A stretch of 64,000 bases of DNA from Planctomycetota bacterium (lineage in GTDB: Bacteria > Planctomycetota > GCA-002687715 > DRQF01): the NCBI GenBank assembly GCA_011369445.1, contig DRQF01000195.1, positions 3,262 through 67,261 on the forward strand, in the 5' to 3' direction. Below, in pieces: positions 48,517-57,456 of the stretch (position 1 is its first letter; every line of letters begins with the position of its first letter). The notes under the pieces are model-generated. The model had not been told where the DNA came from, made no database searches, and saw only the letters and a program-made list of their open reading frames with translations. Made by a program: the position numbers and the translations under genes.

Positions 48517-49833
48517 ATGCGAATCTGGATCGTAGCTGCTTTGATCGCCGGGCTGTTTCCGAGCTTGCCGCTTCGGGGCCAGTCGGGAAGCGTTCGCGGG
48601 AAGATGGAGAAGCCGGACGTCTACGACTTCGGGTATCCCTCCACCTGGAAGAAGAAATATCGTCACAGCGAGGCGACTCCGCGGCTGATCCTGAACCCTG
48701 ATTTCTTCTGCTCGCAGTGCGCGAAGGAGGGAAGGATCTCCTACAAGTCGCGGGACGAGATGGTGGACCTTCTCGAGGTCGACAAGACGTATCCCAATCC
48801 GCTCGAGGGAAAGACAAAGGAGCACTTCGGTGAGTTCCGGATGCTCGAGCGCCCTGGAAACGTCGTGCTGCGACGGTTCATGAAGGACATGAAGCTGAAG
48901 GACCCCGTGTTCATCGAGGACCGTTTCTTCAGGCTTTTCGTGGACCTCGGCAGCTTTCATTCGAAGATGCCTCCCTACGCGAGGCGGGAGTTCGAACTGA
49001 GTCAGCTGGCCGACATCTTTCCTCGCGTGACGTCGAAGACGATCACGATCACGCCTCATCAACGAGCGCATCTGTACCATTTCAGGGCGCACCGCTTGCT
49101 GGAGGAGTTCCAGCATCTCGTCGGCTACGACCCGAAGGCGCCGTACATGGCCTATGCTCCGCCCTTCATGGGGATGCGGCAGAAGTGGGAGGTCTACATC
49201 TTCCGCAAGCAGAAGGACGCCTCGGCGTTCGTCGAAGGTTTTCTCGGGCAAAAGGTGAACGATGGGCTCTGCTGGCACCTGCTCACCGAGCGGGCCATGC
49301 TGACGATTCTCCACGGACAGCGTCGGCGTGACGTGGATGTGAACAACACGTTCACCCACCGTCTCTGCTACAACTTCATCACCGGTTACCGCGGCTACGC
49401 CTATGATCTGCCGGCCTGGTTGGCGCTCGGCTATGCCCATCTCATGGAGCGCCGGGAGCGGACTGACTTCAACACGATCATCTTCGGCGAGGGGAGGATT
49501 CCGAGGTTCCGGTTGCCGAGCAAGTGGAAGGTCGGAGTCAAGAAGGCGGTGCTGGCCAAGAAGGCCCCGCCCCTGCAAGAGTTCGCGGCCTATGAAGCCG
49601 TCGGGCGCATTCCTCCGCAAATGCATCCCCAGATCTGGAGCCTCGTGAGCTATCTGGTGCAGCTCGACCAGAAGAAGATGGGACGCTTGATCAACATCCT
49701 GAAGGAGAAGAAAAAGGGGGAGAGCACCCGCAATCTGCTTCGACGGGCTCTGGCGGCCAGCTACGGATTGACGCTGGCGCAGGTGGACGAGGGATGGAGG
49801 GAGTGGGTCAAGACGACCTACCCATCCATCTGA
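48517..49833 (+). CDS. Secreted DUF1570-like (MA-clan peptidase-like) protein with degenerate metal motif
   Basis: Signal peptide MRIWIVAALIAGLFPSLPLRGQ. FTHRLCYNF...LPAWLALGYAHLMER and QIWSLVSYLVQLD follow the DUF1570 pattern (HExxH...LPxWxxEGxAxYxE...WsLvhfL), but with HRLCY in place of HExxH. Confidence 0.45.
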   Translation: MRIWIVAALIAGLFPSLPLRGQSGSVRGKMEKPDVYDFGYPSTWKKKYRHSEATPRLILNPDFFCSQCAKEGRISYKSRDEMVDLLEVDKTYPNPLEGKTKEHFGEFRMLERPGNVVLRRFMKDMKLKDPVFIEDRFFRLFVDLGSFHSKMPPYARREFELSQLADIFPRVTSKTITITPHQRAHLYHFRAHRLLEEFQHLVGYDPKAPYMAYAPPFMGMRQKWEVYIFRKQKDASAFVEGFLGQKVNDGLCWHLLTERAMLTILHGQRRRDVDVNNTFTHRLCYNFITGYRGYAYDLPAWLALGYAHLMERRERTDFNTIIFGEGRIPRFRLPSKWKVGVKKAVLAKKAPPLQEFAAYEAVGRIPPQMHPQIWSLVSYLVQLDQKKMGRLINILKEKKKGESTRNLLRRALAASYGLTLAQVDEGWREWVKTTYPSI

Positions 49834-49866
49834 GCGGCAGGCATCGACTCTGGCGGCAGACGGGTC

Positions 49867-51450
49867 TCAGTTCACACCGATCTCGATGTATTTTCCTCCC
49901 GACCACTCCGCCAGTGGTCGCAGGAGAGCCACGTTGCCGTGGCCGAAGGTCAACGTGTGAAAGACGATTTTCGCTCGGGCGTTCACCGTTCTCACATATC
50001 GGAGAAGTTCCTGGGGATCTCGAATCCGCCCCACGGTCGGCATCCCGTCGCTGAGGAAAAACACCGTGTCGCTTTCGACGGTGTGGTTCTTCGAAGGCTT
50101 CTCCTGGGGCTCGTCTGCGAGCCCGAGGGCCTTGTTGAGGGCGGCAAAGGTGTTCGTCTGACCTTTCCCTTGCTTGACGACGACGTCCTCGATCCACTGG
50201 GGCGTCAGCTTCGCCAGGAACTTGATGGCCTGATTCTTGTTTCCCTGGGTTGCTCGGGTCAGGTGCTTCTTCCAGCTGATCACGTCGTTGTGGAAGAGGA
50301 AGATGTTGAATTTCGTGTACGACGGAAGGTTGGCCACCGTCGTGATCAATTCCTCGCGGGCCAAGTCGATCTTGGTTTCGTACTGGCCGTAGCGCTCCCG
50401 GAAGGCCTCGATGGCCTTGGGGTCGCCGCCCTCGAGGCTCAGCTTGTCCTGCATGCTTCCGGAGACGTCGAGGATGAAGAGCATGCGGCGCGACTTGGAC
50501 TGAATGCCCTGAAACGGAGTCGTTCCCTTCTTGGGTATGCCATAGCGAGCGAGATCCTTGGCCAGCTTCGCCTTGCGTTTGGCAATCTCCTCCGGCGTAG
50601 GGACTTTGAATCCACCCTTGACGCGTTCCCACCAACGTCGCCAGAGCTCCGGTTTGGGGCCGTACGTCGTCTGAGTGATGTCGGCCAGAGCATCGCGGAT
50701 GTCGGTGATGAGCCGGCCTTTTTCTCGCTCCATGGCTTCGATGAGGGGCTCGATGACCCGTTTCTCTCGTGATTTGCGAAGAGCCTGGACCGCGACCGCT
50801 CGAACGCGCCAGTCCTTGTCCTTCTCCAGGAGCCGGATCGCCAAGCCGATCAGATCGTCGTAGCCCAGGCGAGTGAGAGCGTCGAGGACGGTCAGGCGCA
50901 CCTGCGCATCTCGGTCCTCGAGGTGGTGAAGAAGGGCCTTGGTGATCTTCCCGTCCTCGTCGGAGAAGTCGCCCAACAGGTCGAGGGCGAGCAACCGAAC
51001 CGGGTAACTCTTCGACGTCGCCAGCTTGAGAACGGCGTCCTTGGCGACGGGAGGGCGGGTGGTCTTGAAGGCCTTGAGGATGGCGATGCGAACGACATCC
51101 GATTTCGCTTTTCGTAGCTCCACGGTCAGCGCGTGAAGGGCCGGCTTCGTCGTTTGATTCGCCATGGCCGGGACGACCGCCTCACGGACGACCTGGGACT
51201 TGTCCTTCAGGCATGCGACGAGAATCGGGACCAAAGCCTTGTGCTTGAGAGTTCCCAGGTCATCGACTGCCGCTCGGCGGACGTGCTCGTTCGTGTTCCG
51301 ATAGAGTTTCTCGAAGTCCACGAGAGCCTTGGCGAGCTTATCCTTGGGGGTTTGATCCTTCGGGGTCTGAGCGCCGAGGGGCGCAAGAAGGACGAGGAGA
51401 GAGAGAACCGTGAGTCTTATGCGCGCCATATCGAAATCCCAGAAATCCAT
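49867..51450 (-). CDS. Secreted HEAT-repeat plus vWA-domain protein
   Basis: The N-terminal half has PBS-lyase/HEAT-like repeats (VRRAAVDDLG, VREAVVPAMA, VRLLALDLLG, VRLTVLDALT, VRAVAVQALR). The C-terminal vWA domain shows MLFILDVSGSM ... VFFLSDGMP. The likely start is Met 51429, which gives a signal peptide. Confidence 0.7.
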   Translation of the reverse strand: MDFWDFDMARIRLTVLSLLVLLAPLGAQTPKDQTPKDKLAKALVDFEKLYRNTNEHVRRAAVDDLGTLKHKALVPILVACLKDKSQVVREAVVPAMANQTTKPALHALTVELRKAKSDVVRIAILKAFKTTRPPVAKDAVLKLATSKSYPVRLLALDLLGDFSDEDGKITKALLHHLEDRDAQVRLTVLDALTRLGYDDLIGLAIRLLEKDKDWRVRAVAVQALRKSREKRVIEPLIEAMEREKGRLITDIRDALADITQTTYGPKPELWRRWWERVKGGFKVPTPEEIAKRKAKLAKDLARYGIPKKGTTPFQGIQSKSRRMLFILDVSGSMQDKLSLEGGDPKAIEAFRERYGQYETKIDLAREELITTVANLPSYTKFNIFLFHNDVISWKKHLTRATQGNKNQAIKFLAKLTPQWIEDVVVKQGKGQTNTFAALNKALGLADEPQEKPSKNHTVESDTVFFLSDGMPTVGRIRDPQELLRYVRTVNARAKIVFHTLTFGHGNVALLRPLAEWSGGKYIEIGVN

Positions 51451-51498
51451 GAACAGGGAAGGTCATCTTAAACCTCCGCCTCCATGGAGGCAAAACGT

Positions 51499-54078
51499 TC
51501 AGGAATCGAGGATCGCTCGGGCTTCGGGACGGCCGAGAAGCCCCGAGAGCTCGGAAAGCAGCTCCACGCCCGGGAATGTCTTCGGGGAGGCCTCCTTCCA
51601 GCGCTTCAAGATCTCGATGGCGCGATCTTCACGGCCCTGGTCGAGGGCGTGGAGCGTCTCCACCAGCCAGGGATCGCCGGAGCGAGGATTCATCCGGCGT
51701 GCGTCGCGCAGATGGATGCGGAGCATCCGAGGCTGATCACGCAGGTGGGCTTCCCAGGCGAACAGGACGCGATAGCGGGCGATGACCCGATTGCGGAGCG
51801 CGTCGTTGCGGGGCGCCTCGTCGCCGTGAGCCGACGCTTGGAGAGCCTCCATGACGGTCCTGAGCGCCTCCAGGGAGGCGGTGTCCCAGGGGACATGGCT
51901 GAGCCGCGCGAGGAGTTTGATCTTCCTCTCCGGGGCGGGCAGACCCTCGTGGGACGCGGCCTCGAAGGCGCCTTCTTCCGCGGCCTGGCTCAACGCATCC
52001 AAGTCCTTGCGGAATCGTCCCAGGGTGCCCGGTGTCTCGCCCCAGAACAGGGTGAACTCTCCCCACAGCGCCCGGCGATTCTCGCTCTCCCCGCGGGCGG
52101 AGATCCAGCGTTGGACGACGTCAACGGCTTCGTCGAGACGCCCCTGCCCTCCCCGTTGGCGAGCGAGGAGCTCCCAGGAGAGGTCGGTCTCGGGGGCCGC
52201 CGGATAAAGCAGCGTCTCTTCTTCGAGATCGGAGATGGCCCGATCCACGAGACCGGCTTCGATCTCGAGAAGAGCTAGCATCGGTCGGACGAGAGGGGCG
52301 GCCGTGTTCACGTCGAGGGCCCGCCGAAGAGCATCGATGCATTCGGGCGCACGGCCGGCGACGCGTTCGAGCTCCGCCGCCAGACGGAGGCCCGGAATGT
52401 CGGTGGGATGCCGGCGGAGCACAGACGCCATGCTTGCCCTCAACGCGTCGAGTTGAGGGAAAGCTCTCAAGACGTTCAAGAGCCGGCTGTCGGTGGCCGT
52501 TTCCGAGCCGCCGGTGCGGAGTGCGAGCTCCCAAGTCTTGACCTCTTGAGAGAGGTTGAGCAACGCTCGGTGGAGACGGTGGCGAAACGGTGTTGCGAGA
52601 AGGGGAGAATCGGAGGTTTGCAGAGTCCGATGGGCGGTGTCGCCCAGGCGGGCGAGAAGATCGACACGGCCCGGGTCCGTAGCGGGCATGGCCACGAGTT
52701 CTGCTTTCAGCCTCTCCATCTGCCGGCTCGCCTGAACGGCCGCCTGATCGCGTTCGAGCTCCAAGGGAGGCCACACGACGGCGAGGAGGGCAGCGACCGC
52801 AACCGAGGCCTTCGCAGTGCGCAGGCTCAGACCCGAAGTCGGCGCTTCTCGGTCTTCGCGGAGGACGAGGCCGAACAGGACCGCGAGTGGAAGAATGTTC
52901 GTGGCGTGGAGTGCGACGCCCCAGGTCAGGACGAGGGGCGTGGCGGCCGCCATCATGGCCCACCCCGCCGCCGCCATGTTTTTCTCCTCGGGCTCAAGCG
53001 ATCGACCGCGTCGCCTGAGTGTGATGGCAGCCAGGAGTACGAGGACGAGGAACGCCGCAAGACCGAGCCCGCCGCTCTCGACGAGCAGGCGAAGAATCTC
53101 GTCATGAGGATCGCTGGGCACGCTGTGCAGCCCGGAAAGGCTCCATTCGAGCGGGCGGCGGACAGAATAGTCCACGTCGGGGAAACGGCCTCCTCCGAGC
53201 CCCACGACGGGGGAGGTGCGAAGAAGAGTCGCCGCATCCTTCGCGAGTTCGATGCGCACGCGATTCGTCGGATGGTCCGGGTCGACCATGCTGGCCACGC
53301 GACGACACCAACCCGGCGCTTCCGGCGCGACGCGGCCGACGACTCCAGCTCCGACGAGGAGGACGGTAAGGGTCGCCATTCCAAGAACGACGATGCGCCC
53401 GGACTGCGTACCCCGCCGCCGTCCCAGGGTGACGAGCGATGCGGCGGCGAGTGCCGCCAGCCCCAGCCACGCCGATCGGGCGTCGCTTCGGAGGATCAAA
53501 GCAAGGGCGGGGATGACACCCCAGGCCACGAAGAGGAGTCGGGCAGGGGAGACACGCCGGAGGATCACGAAAGCGAAAGGCAGGCTCAGCAGGGCCAATT
53601 GCCCCACGAGCGCCGTATTCCCGAGTCCCGCGGTCAATTCCCCGCGAAAGGGCGTGCCGAGGGGCTCGAGCCCCCGTTCGAGGAGCCACTGATGAACGAG
53701 CACCAGCATCGGGGCCATGAGTCCCGCTCCGGCGATGAGGTCCGTGGCGCGGGCCGAGATGGGTCGTCCCAGCAAGACCCAGAGAATGAGGAGCCCTGCC
53801 GCCTGGTGCGCCCCCTCCCGCAGCGAGGCGATAGCCGGAAAAACCGCCCCGTTTGTGAACGCCCCGAGGAGGGAGGCGGCGAACACCGTCGCCCAGACGA
53901 TGGCGGCCGTGGATGCCAATCGGCACGGGGGTCTGTGTTCTCGCCGGGCCGACTGCACGGCTGCCAGCAGGACGGAGCCCACCATGAAGACGCCCCACTT
54001 CGGAAGATCCAGGGAAGAGAAGACCTGGCCGCCCACGACGGGCACCGAGAGAAGAAGGAGTGCTATGAATCCCGGCAC
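51499..54078 (-). CDS. O-antigen ligase (Wzy_C)-like polytopic membrane protein fused to C-terminal TPR repeats
   Basis: About 12 TM helices with the segment LILRSDARSAWLGLAALAAASLV, typical of O-antigen ligase-like proteins. The C-terminal roughly 400 aa are helical and TPR-like. Confidence 0.7.
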   Translation of the reverse strand: MPGFIALLLLSVPVVGGQVFSSLDLPKWGVFMVGSVLLAAVQSARREHRPPCRLASTAAIVWATVFAASLLGAFTNGAVFPAIASLREGAHQAAGLLILWVLLGRPISARATDLIAGAGLMAPMLVLVHQWLLERGLEPLGTPFRGELTAGLGNTALVGQLALLSLPFAFVILRRVSPARLLFVAWGVIPALALILRSDARSAWLGLAALAAASLVTLGRRRGTQSGRIVVLGMATLTVLLVGAGVVGRVAPEAPGWCRRVASMVDPDHPTNRVRIELAKDAATLLRTSPVVGLGGGRFPDVDYSVRRPLEWSLSGLHSVPSDPHDEILRLLVESGGLGLAAFLVLVLLAAITLRRRGRSLEPEEKNMAAAGWAMMAAATPLVLTWGVALHATNILPLAVLFGLVLREDREAPTSGLSLRTAKASVAVAALLAVVWPPLELERDQAAVQASRQMERLKAELVAMPATDPGRVDLLARLGDTAHRTLQTSDSPLLATPFRHRLHRALLNLSQEVKTWELALRTGGSETATDSRLLNVLRAFPQLDALRASMASVLRRHPTDIPGLRLAAELERVAGRAPECIDALRRALDVNTAAPLVRPMLALLEIEAGLVDRAISDLEEETLLYPAAPETDLSWELLARQRGGQGRLDEAVDVVQRWISARGESENRRALWGEFTLFWGETPGTLGRFRKDLDALSQAAEEGAFEAASHEGLPAPERKIKLLARLSHVPWDTASLEALRTVMEALQASAHGDEAPRNDALRNRVIARYRVLFAWEAHLRDQPRMLRIHLRDARRMNPRSGDPWLVETLHALDQGREDRAIEILKRWKEASPKTFPGVELLSELSGLLGRPEARAILDS

Positions 54079-54161
54079 GGAAAAGGGCCCTCGTCAGTGG
54101 ACGCTGGAGTCTATGAGGACGCGTGTTTCCTCATAAATCTTCGTGCCTTCGTGAGACACCA

Positions 54162-55079
54162 CTATGCGAACAGGGCTTCGACGAACGCGTCCGCGTCGAA
54201 TTCCTCGATATCTTCCGCGCTCTCGCCGATTCCGATGAATTTCACCGGCACGTCGACTTGGTGGCGGATACCGATCACAGCGCCTCCCTTGGCCGTTCCG
54301 TCCAGTTTCGTCAGAAAAAGGCCGGTCAGTTCGAGGGATTTCCCGAACTCTTGAGCCTGCGCGATGGCGTTCTGGCCGTTGTTCGCGTCCAGGATCAACA
54401 GGGTCTCATGGGGGGCGCCCTCAATCTTCTTTCCGATCACTCTGCGGATTTTCTCCAGCTCCTGCATGAGATTCTTCTGTGTGTGGAGGCGTCCGGCCGT
54501 GTCCACGATGAGAACGTCCACGCCCCGCGCACGGGCCGCGTCGCAGGCGTCGAAGGCGACGGAGGCAGGGTCGGCGCCCTGTTGCTTCTTCACGATGTCC
54601 GCACCCAGGCGATCCGCCCAAATCGTCAGCTGTTCGACGGCGGCCGCCCGAAACGTGTCGGCGGCGGCGAGAAGGACCTTCTTGTCGCGGTCACGGAAGT
54701 ACTTGCAGAGTTTGGCGATCGACGTGGTCTTTCCGCTGCCGTTGACTCCGGCGACGAGGATGACCAGCGGAGGCTGCTGAGGCGTGACGAGGGAGGTCTT
54801 ATCCGACGACATCACCCCTTTGAGGATGCTCTTCAGGTGCTCGAAGCATTCGTCCGTCGTCTTGATCGTCCGGTCCTTGTAGGCCTGACGCACCTGCTCC
54901 ATCACCACCTGGACCGTCCGTGGGCCGATGTCGGCGGTATAGAGGTAGTTCTCCATCTCGTCGATGAGCTCGTCGTCCAGGTCTCGGCCGAAGGGCAGGA
55001 TGGCCTTCAGTCCGCCGAGGACTTTCTTCTTCGTCTTAGCGAGGCCGGCCTTGAGTTTAGCGGTGAACTTCTTGAACAC
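54162..55079 (-). CDS. ftsY: Signal recognition particle receptor FtsY
   Basis: LVAGVNGSGKTTSIAKL, DTAGRLH, TKLDGTAKGG. The proposed GTG start at 55079 has AAGGAG 8 nt upstream. The track ORF to 55331 overlaps nusB. Confidence 0.9.
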   Translation of the reverse strand: MFKKFTAKLKAGLAKTKKKVLGGLKAILPFGRDLDDELIDEMENYLYTADIGPRTVQVVMEQVRQAYKDRTIKTTDECFEHLKSILKGVMSSDKTSLVTPQQPPLVILVAGVNGSGKTTSIAKLCKYFRDRDKKVLLAAADTFRAAAVEQLTIWADRLGADIVKKQQGADPASVAFDACDAARARGVDVLIVDTAGRLHTQKNLMQELEKIRRVIGKKIEGAPHETLLILDANNGQNAIAQAQEFGKSLELTGLFLTKLDGTAKGGAVIGIRHQVDVPVKFIGIGESAEDIEEFDADAFVEALFA

Positions 55080-55120
55080 CTGGGGAGACTCCTTTCTGTC
55101 GCGAATGCGTAGCTTGGATC

Positions 55121-55540
55121 TCAGGAGGAGGGGGGGTCGGATTGGCGATCCTTCACCGAATCGAGCACACCGTTGACGAATGCCCCTGACGACTCGGTGC
55201 TGTAGGTCTTGGCCAACTCCACGATTTCGTTGATCGTCACGTTGGCGGGGATGTCCGGGGCGTGGAGGATCTCCCAGGCTCCGATGAGCAAAAGGTTGCG
55301 GTCCACCATCGGCATGCGGGCGCAGCGCCAATTGCGCGTGGCGGCTTCGATGACCTGAATGAGCTCCGTGCGGTGTTCGAGAGCACCTCGGACGATGCGA
55401 TCCGCGAACTCACGGACGTCGGGAGCCGCCTTTTGCTCGTAGGCGAACTCGTCAAAGCCCTCGTCGGTCCAATCCCCGGACGAATCCTGGCTGAAGAGGT
55501 ACTGCATGGCGAGGACGCGACCCTGGCTCCGGCGCTTCAT
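55121..55540 (-). CDS. nusB: Transcription antitermination factor NusB
   Basis: RRSQGRVLAMQYLF...MPMVDRNLLLIGAWEIL...INEIVELAKTYSTESSGAFVNGVLD. Confidence 0.9.
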   Translation of the reverse strand: MKRRSQGRVLAMQYLFSQDSSGDWTDEGFDEFAYEQKAAPDVREFADRIVRGALEHRTELIQVIEAATRNWRCARMPMVDRNLLLIGAWEILHAPDIPANVTINEIVELAKTYSTESSGAFVNGVLDSVKDRQSDPPSS

Positions 55541-56019
55541 GAGGAGGGGGCTCCATCGAGGGATTCCTGGAGGCGCACCAATTCGATGGCGGCGTCCATG
55601 ACCTCCACACCCTTGTTGGTCTTCTTGCCGCCGGCCCGAGCCAGCGCCTGCTCTCGGTCTTCGACGGTCAGAACTCCGAATAAAAAGGGCTTGCGGGACT
55701 GGAGTCCGGCCTCAAGGGTCCCCACGGTGACCCCGTGGGAGACAAAGTCGAAATGGGATGTCTCTCCCCGGATGACGCAGCCCAATCCGACGACGGCGTC
55801 CACGTCGTCCCGTTCCAACAGGCGGGCTCCGATCAGGGGGATCTCGAAGGCGCCTGGAACCCAGGCCACGATGACGTCGTCCTCGGCGACACCTCGGGAG
55901 CGGGCGGTCTCGATCGCCCCCTCGAGGAGTTTCTCGGTGATGGGGGCGTTGAAGCGGGCCACGACAACGGCGATTCGTAGGCCCTTGCCGTCGTGATGTC
56001 CCTCGAAGATGCGTGCCAT
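55537..56019 (-). CDS. ribH: 6,7-dimethyl-8-ribityllumazine synthase
   Basis: RIAVVVARFNAPITEKLLEGA...VPGAFEIPL...VVGLGCVIRGETSHFDFV. It overlaps the nusB start by 4 nt, the conserved ribH-nusB pair. Confidence 0.95.
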   Translation of the reverse strand: MARIFEGHHDGKGLRIAVVVARFNAPITEKLLEGAIETARSRGVAEDDVIVAWVPGAFEIPLIGARLLERDDVDAVVGLGCVIRGETSHFDFVSHGVTVGTLEAGLQSRKPFLFGVLTVEDREQALARAGGKKTNKGVEVMDAAIELVRLQESLDGAPSS

Positions 56020-56145
56020 GGTGCGTTCGCCTCAAAGATCAGGGGCGAATCCTATCACCGGCGCCCAAGGGGACCAAAGCGATCCCAAGGGTGGGCACGC
56101 CCCCCGCGTTCGCTTTTCCGCGGAGGGCGCTGCGGTCCCCTGTGC

Positions 56146-57267
56146 TCAGAGGAACTGAATCTCGTGGCCGTCCGTGATGGCGAAGAATCCGTTGGTCGCC
56201 GCGGAGTCCGTCACAAGGGCCTGCATGATGAAGCTCATGCCGGAAAGGGCGGGAGGGATCACGAAGACGTGCAGGTTCCCGCCGGGGAGGAGGACCTCCT
56301 GGAAGCCGAGGGGCGACGGAGTGTTACCCACGATGATGGGAAAGAGGTTCGGGCTCGTCGGGTTGAAATGGACCGCGTCAAACGGCGCGGCTGGCCCCAC
56401 TGGCGGCGATCCGGTGGTGAAGAGCTCGCCCACCAGGATGGGAGGCATGAAGTCGTAGGTGCCGTTCTGGGACACCATGAGGACGTTCAGGATGTCACCG
56501 GGCGCCACCTGCTTGACGTCGAAGGTCACTCCACCGGAGGGAAGAGCACCCATGCCCACGCTGGTGAACAGATCGAGATCCTCCCCGCTTCCGGGGTAGT
56601 TCAGCTGGCTTCCCGTGACGATCCAGTCCATGTCGAGGATCACGTGGACGGTGGTGAACGTCGGGTTGATGGCCGGGTAGGTCGTTGGCGCGGTGATACC
56701 GCAGGCCACCGACGTGAAATAGCTGGGGGCCGTCTCGCCCAGGTTGTTGGCGCCGATGAAAAAGATGCCGCCCTGAGCCGAACTGTCCGCCGCGTGGATC
56801 TCCACCACGATGGTGTCGGTGGCGATGAACGAGGGTTGGCTGGTGAGGGGCACCGAGATGACCTGATTGGCGGTGTCGTTCAGTGTGAAGGTTTGCGTAT
56901 GGACGAGATTCAACGTGCCCGTGTTGATGGTCATCATCGTCGGGTCCGGATTCGGGTCCTGATAGATGTTGATGGTGATGGGCTGGGAGCCCGACCCCGC
57001 CGGGCCGATCGCCTGCTCCACCCCGAAGGTGACCTGTGTGATGTCCACGTTGAAAAAGACGTTCTCAGCGATGAGGTTGTAGCTGCGCCAGTAACTCCCG
57101 TCTCCGGTGCCCGTGAGGGCGCCTGCTGGATTCGTGAACGTGCATGCGATGCTCGTCCCCGTGATGACGTTCGTGCTGTCATTGGTTTGAGAGAGTGTTC
57201 CGTTCTGTGCCTGAAGCGTGGCCGCCAGGACGGCGGCTGCTGCGAGTGTCTTCCAAAGATTCGACAT
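56146..57267 (-). CDS. Secreted beta-rich protein, function unknown
   Basis: Signal peptide MSNLWKTLAAAAVLAATLQAQ. It is Thr/Asn/Gly-rich and ends ...FIMQALVTDSAATNGFFAITDGHEIQFL. The start is taken at Met 57267. Confidence 0.5.
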   Translation of the reverse strand: MSNLWKTLAAAAVLAATLQAQNGTLSQTNDSTNVITGTSIACTFTNPAGALTGTGDGSYWRSYNLIAENVFFNVDITQVTFGVEQAIGPAGSGSQPITINIYQDPNPDPTMMTINTGTLNLVHTQTFTLNDTANQVISVPLTSQPSFIATDTIVVEIHAADSSAQGGIFFIGANNLGETAPSYFTSVACGITAPTTYPAINPTFTTVHVILDMDWIVTGSQLNYPGSGEDLDLFTSVGMGALPSGGVTFDVKQVAPGDILNVLMVSQNGTYDFMPPILVGELFTTGSPPVGPAAPFDAVHFNPTSPNLFPIIVGNTPSPLGFQEVLLPGGNLHVFVIPPALSGMSFIMQALVTDSAATNGFFAITDGHEIQFL

Positions 57268-57456
57268 GAGATGATTCTCCTTCCAGTAAGAGGTGCGCGC
57301 ACGGTCCGACCTCAACCTCCCCTCGAGGCCGGTCTCACTCTACGACCACGGGGATCGCGATCCCCAGAAAAAAGCGAATTTGCCAAGGCGAGGATCGCTG
57401 TGTTCCGCCGCGAGTTCCACCATCCGGATCGGACGACGGAAGGGGAGGTGCTGGCT

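Noticed and set aside
47595-48518. 307-aa (LLLGRLLLG repeats) and 143-aa ([11 protein letters not shown] repeats, 47963-48394) minus-strand ORFs that look like membrane proteins.
   Set aside because: They are reverse-frame readings of the AAG/GCC-rich histone-like gene. The plus-strand gene has an SD, a start and a strong terminator, and these ORFs have none.
56020-56145. Possible FMN (RFN) riboswitch upstream of ribH.
   Set aside because: There are only about 125 nt, and no RFN core sequences (GGGGCAGGGTGAAATTCCC, CCGACGGT) were seen. Only a small hairpin lies near the SD.
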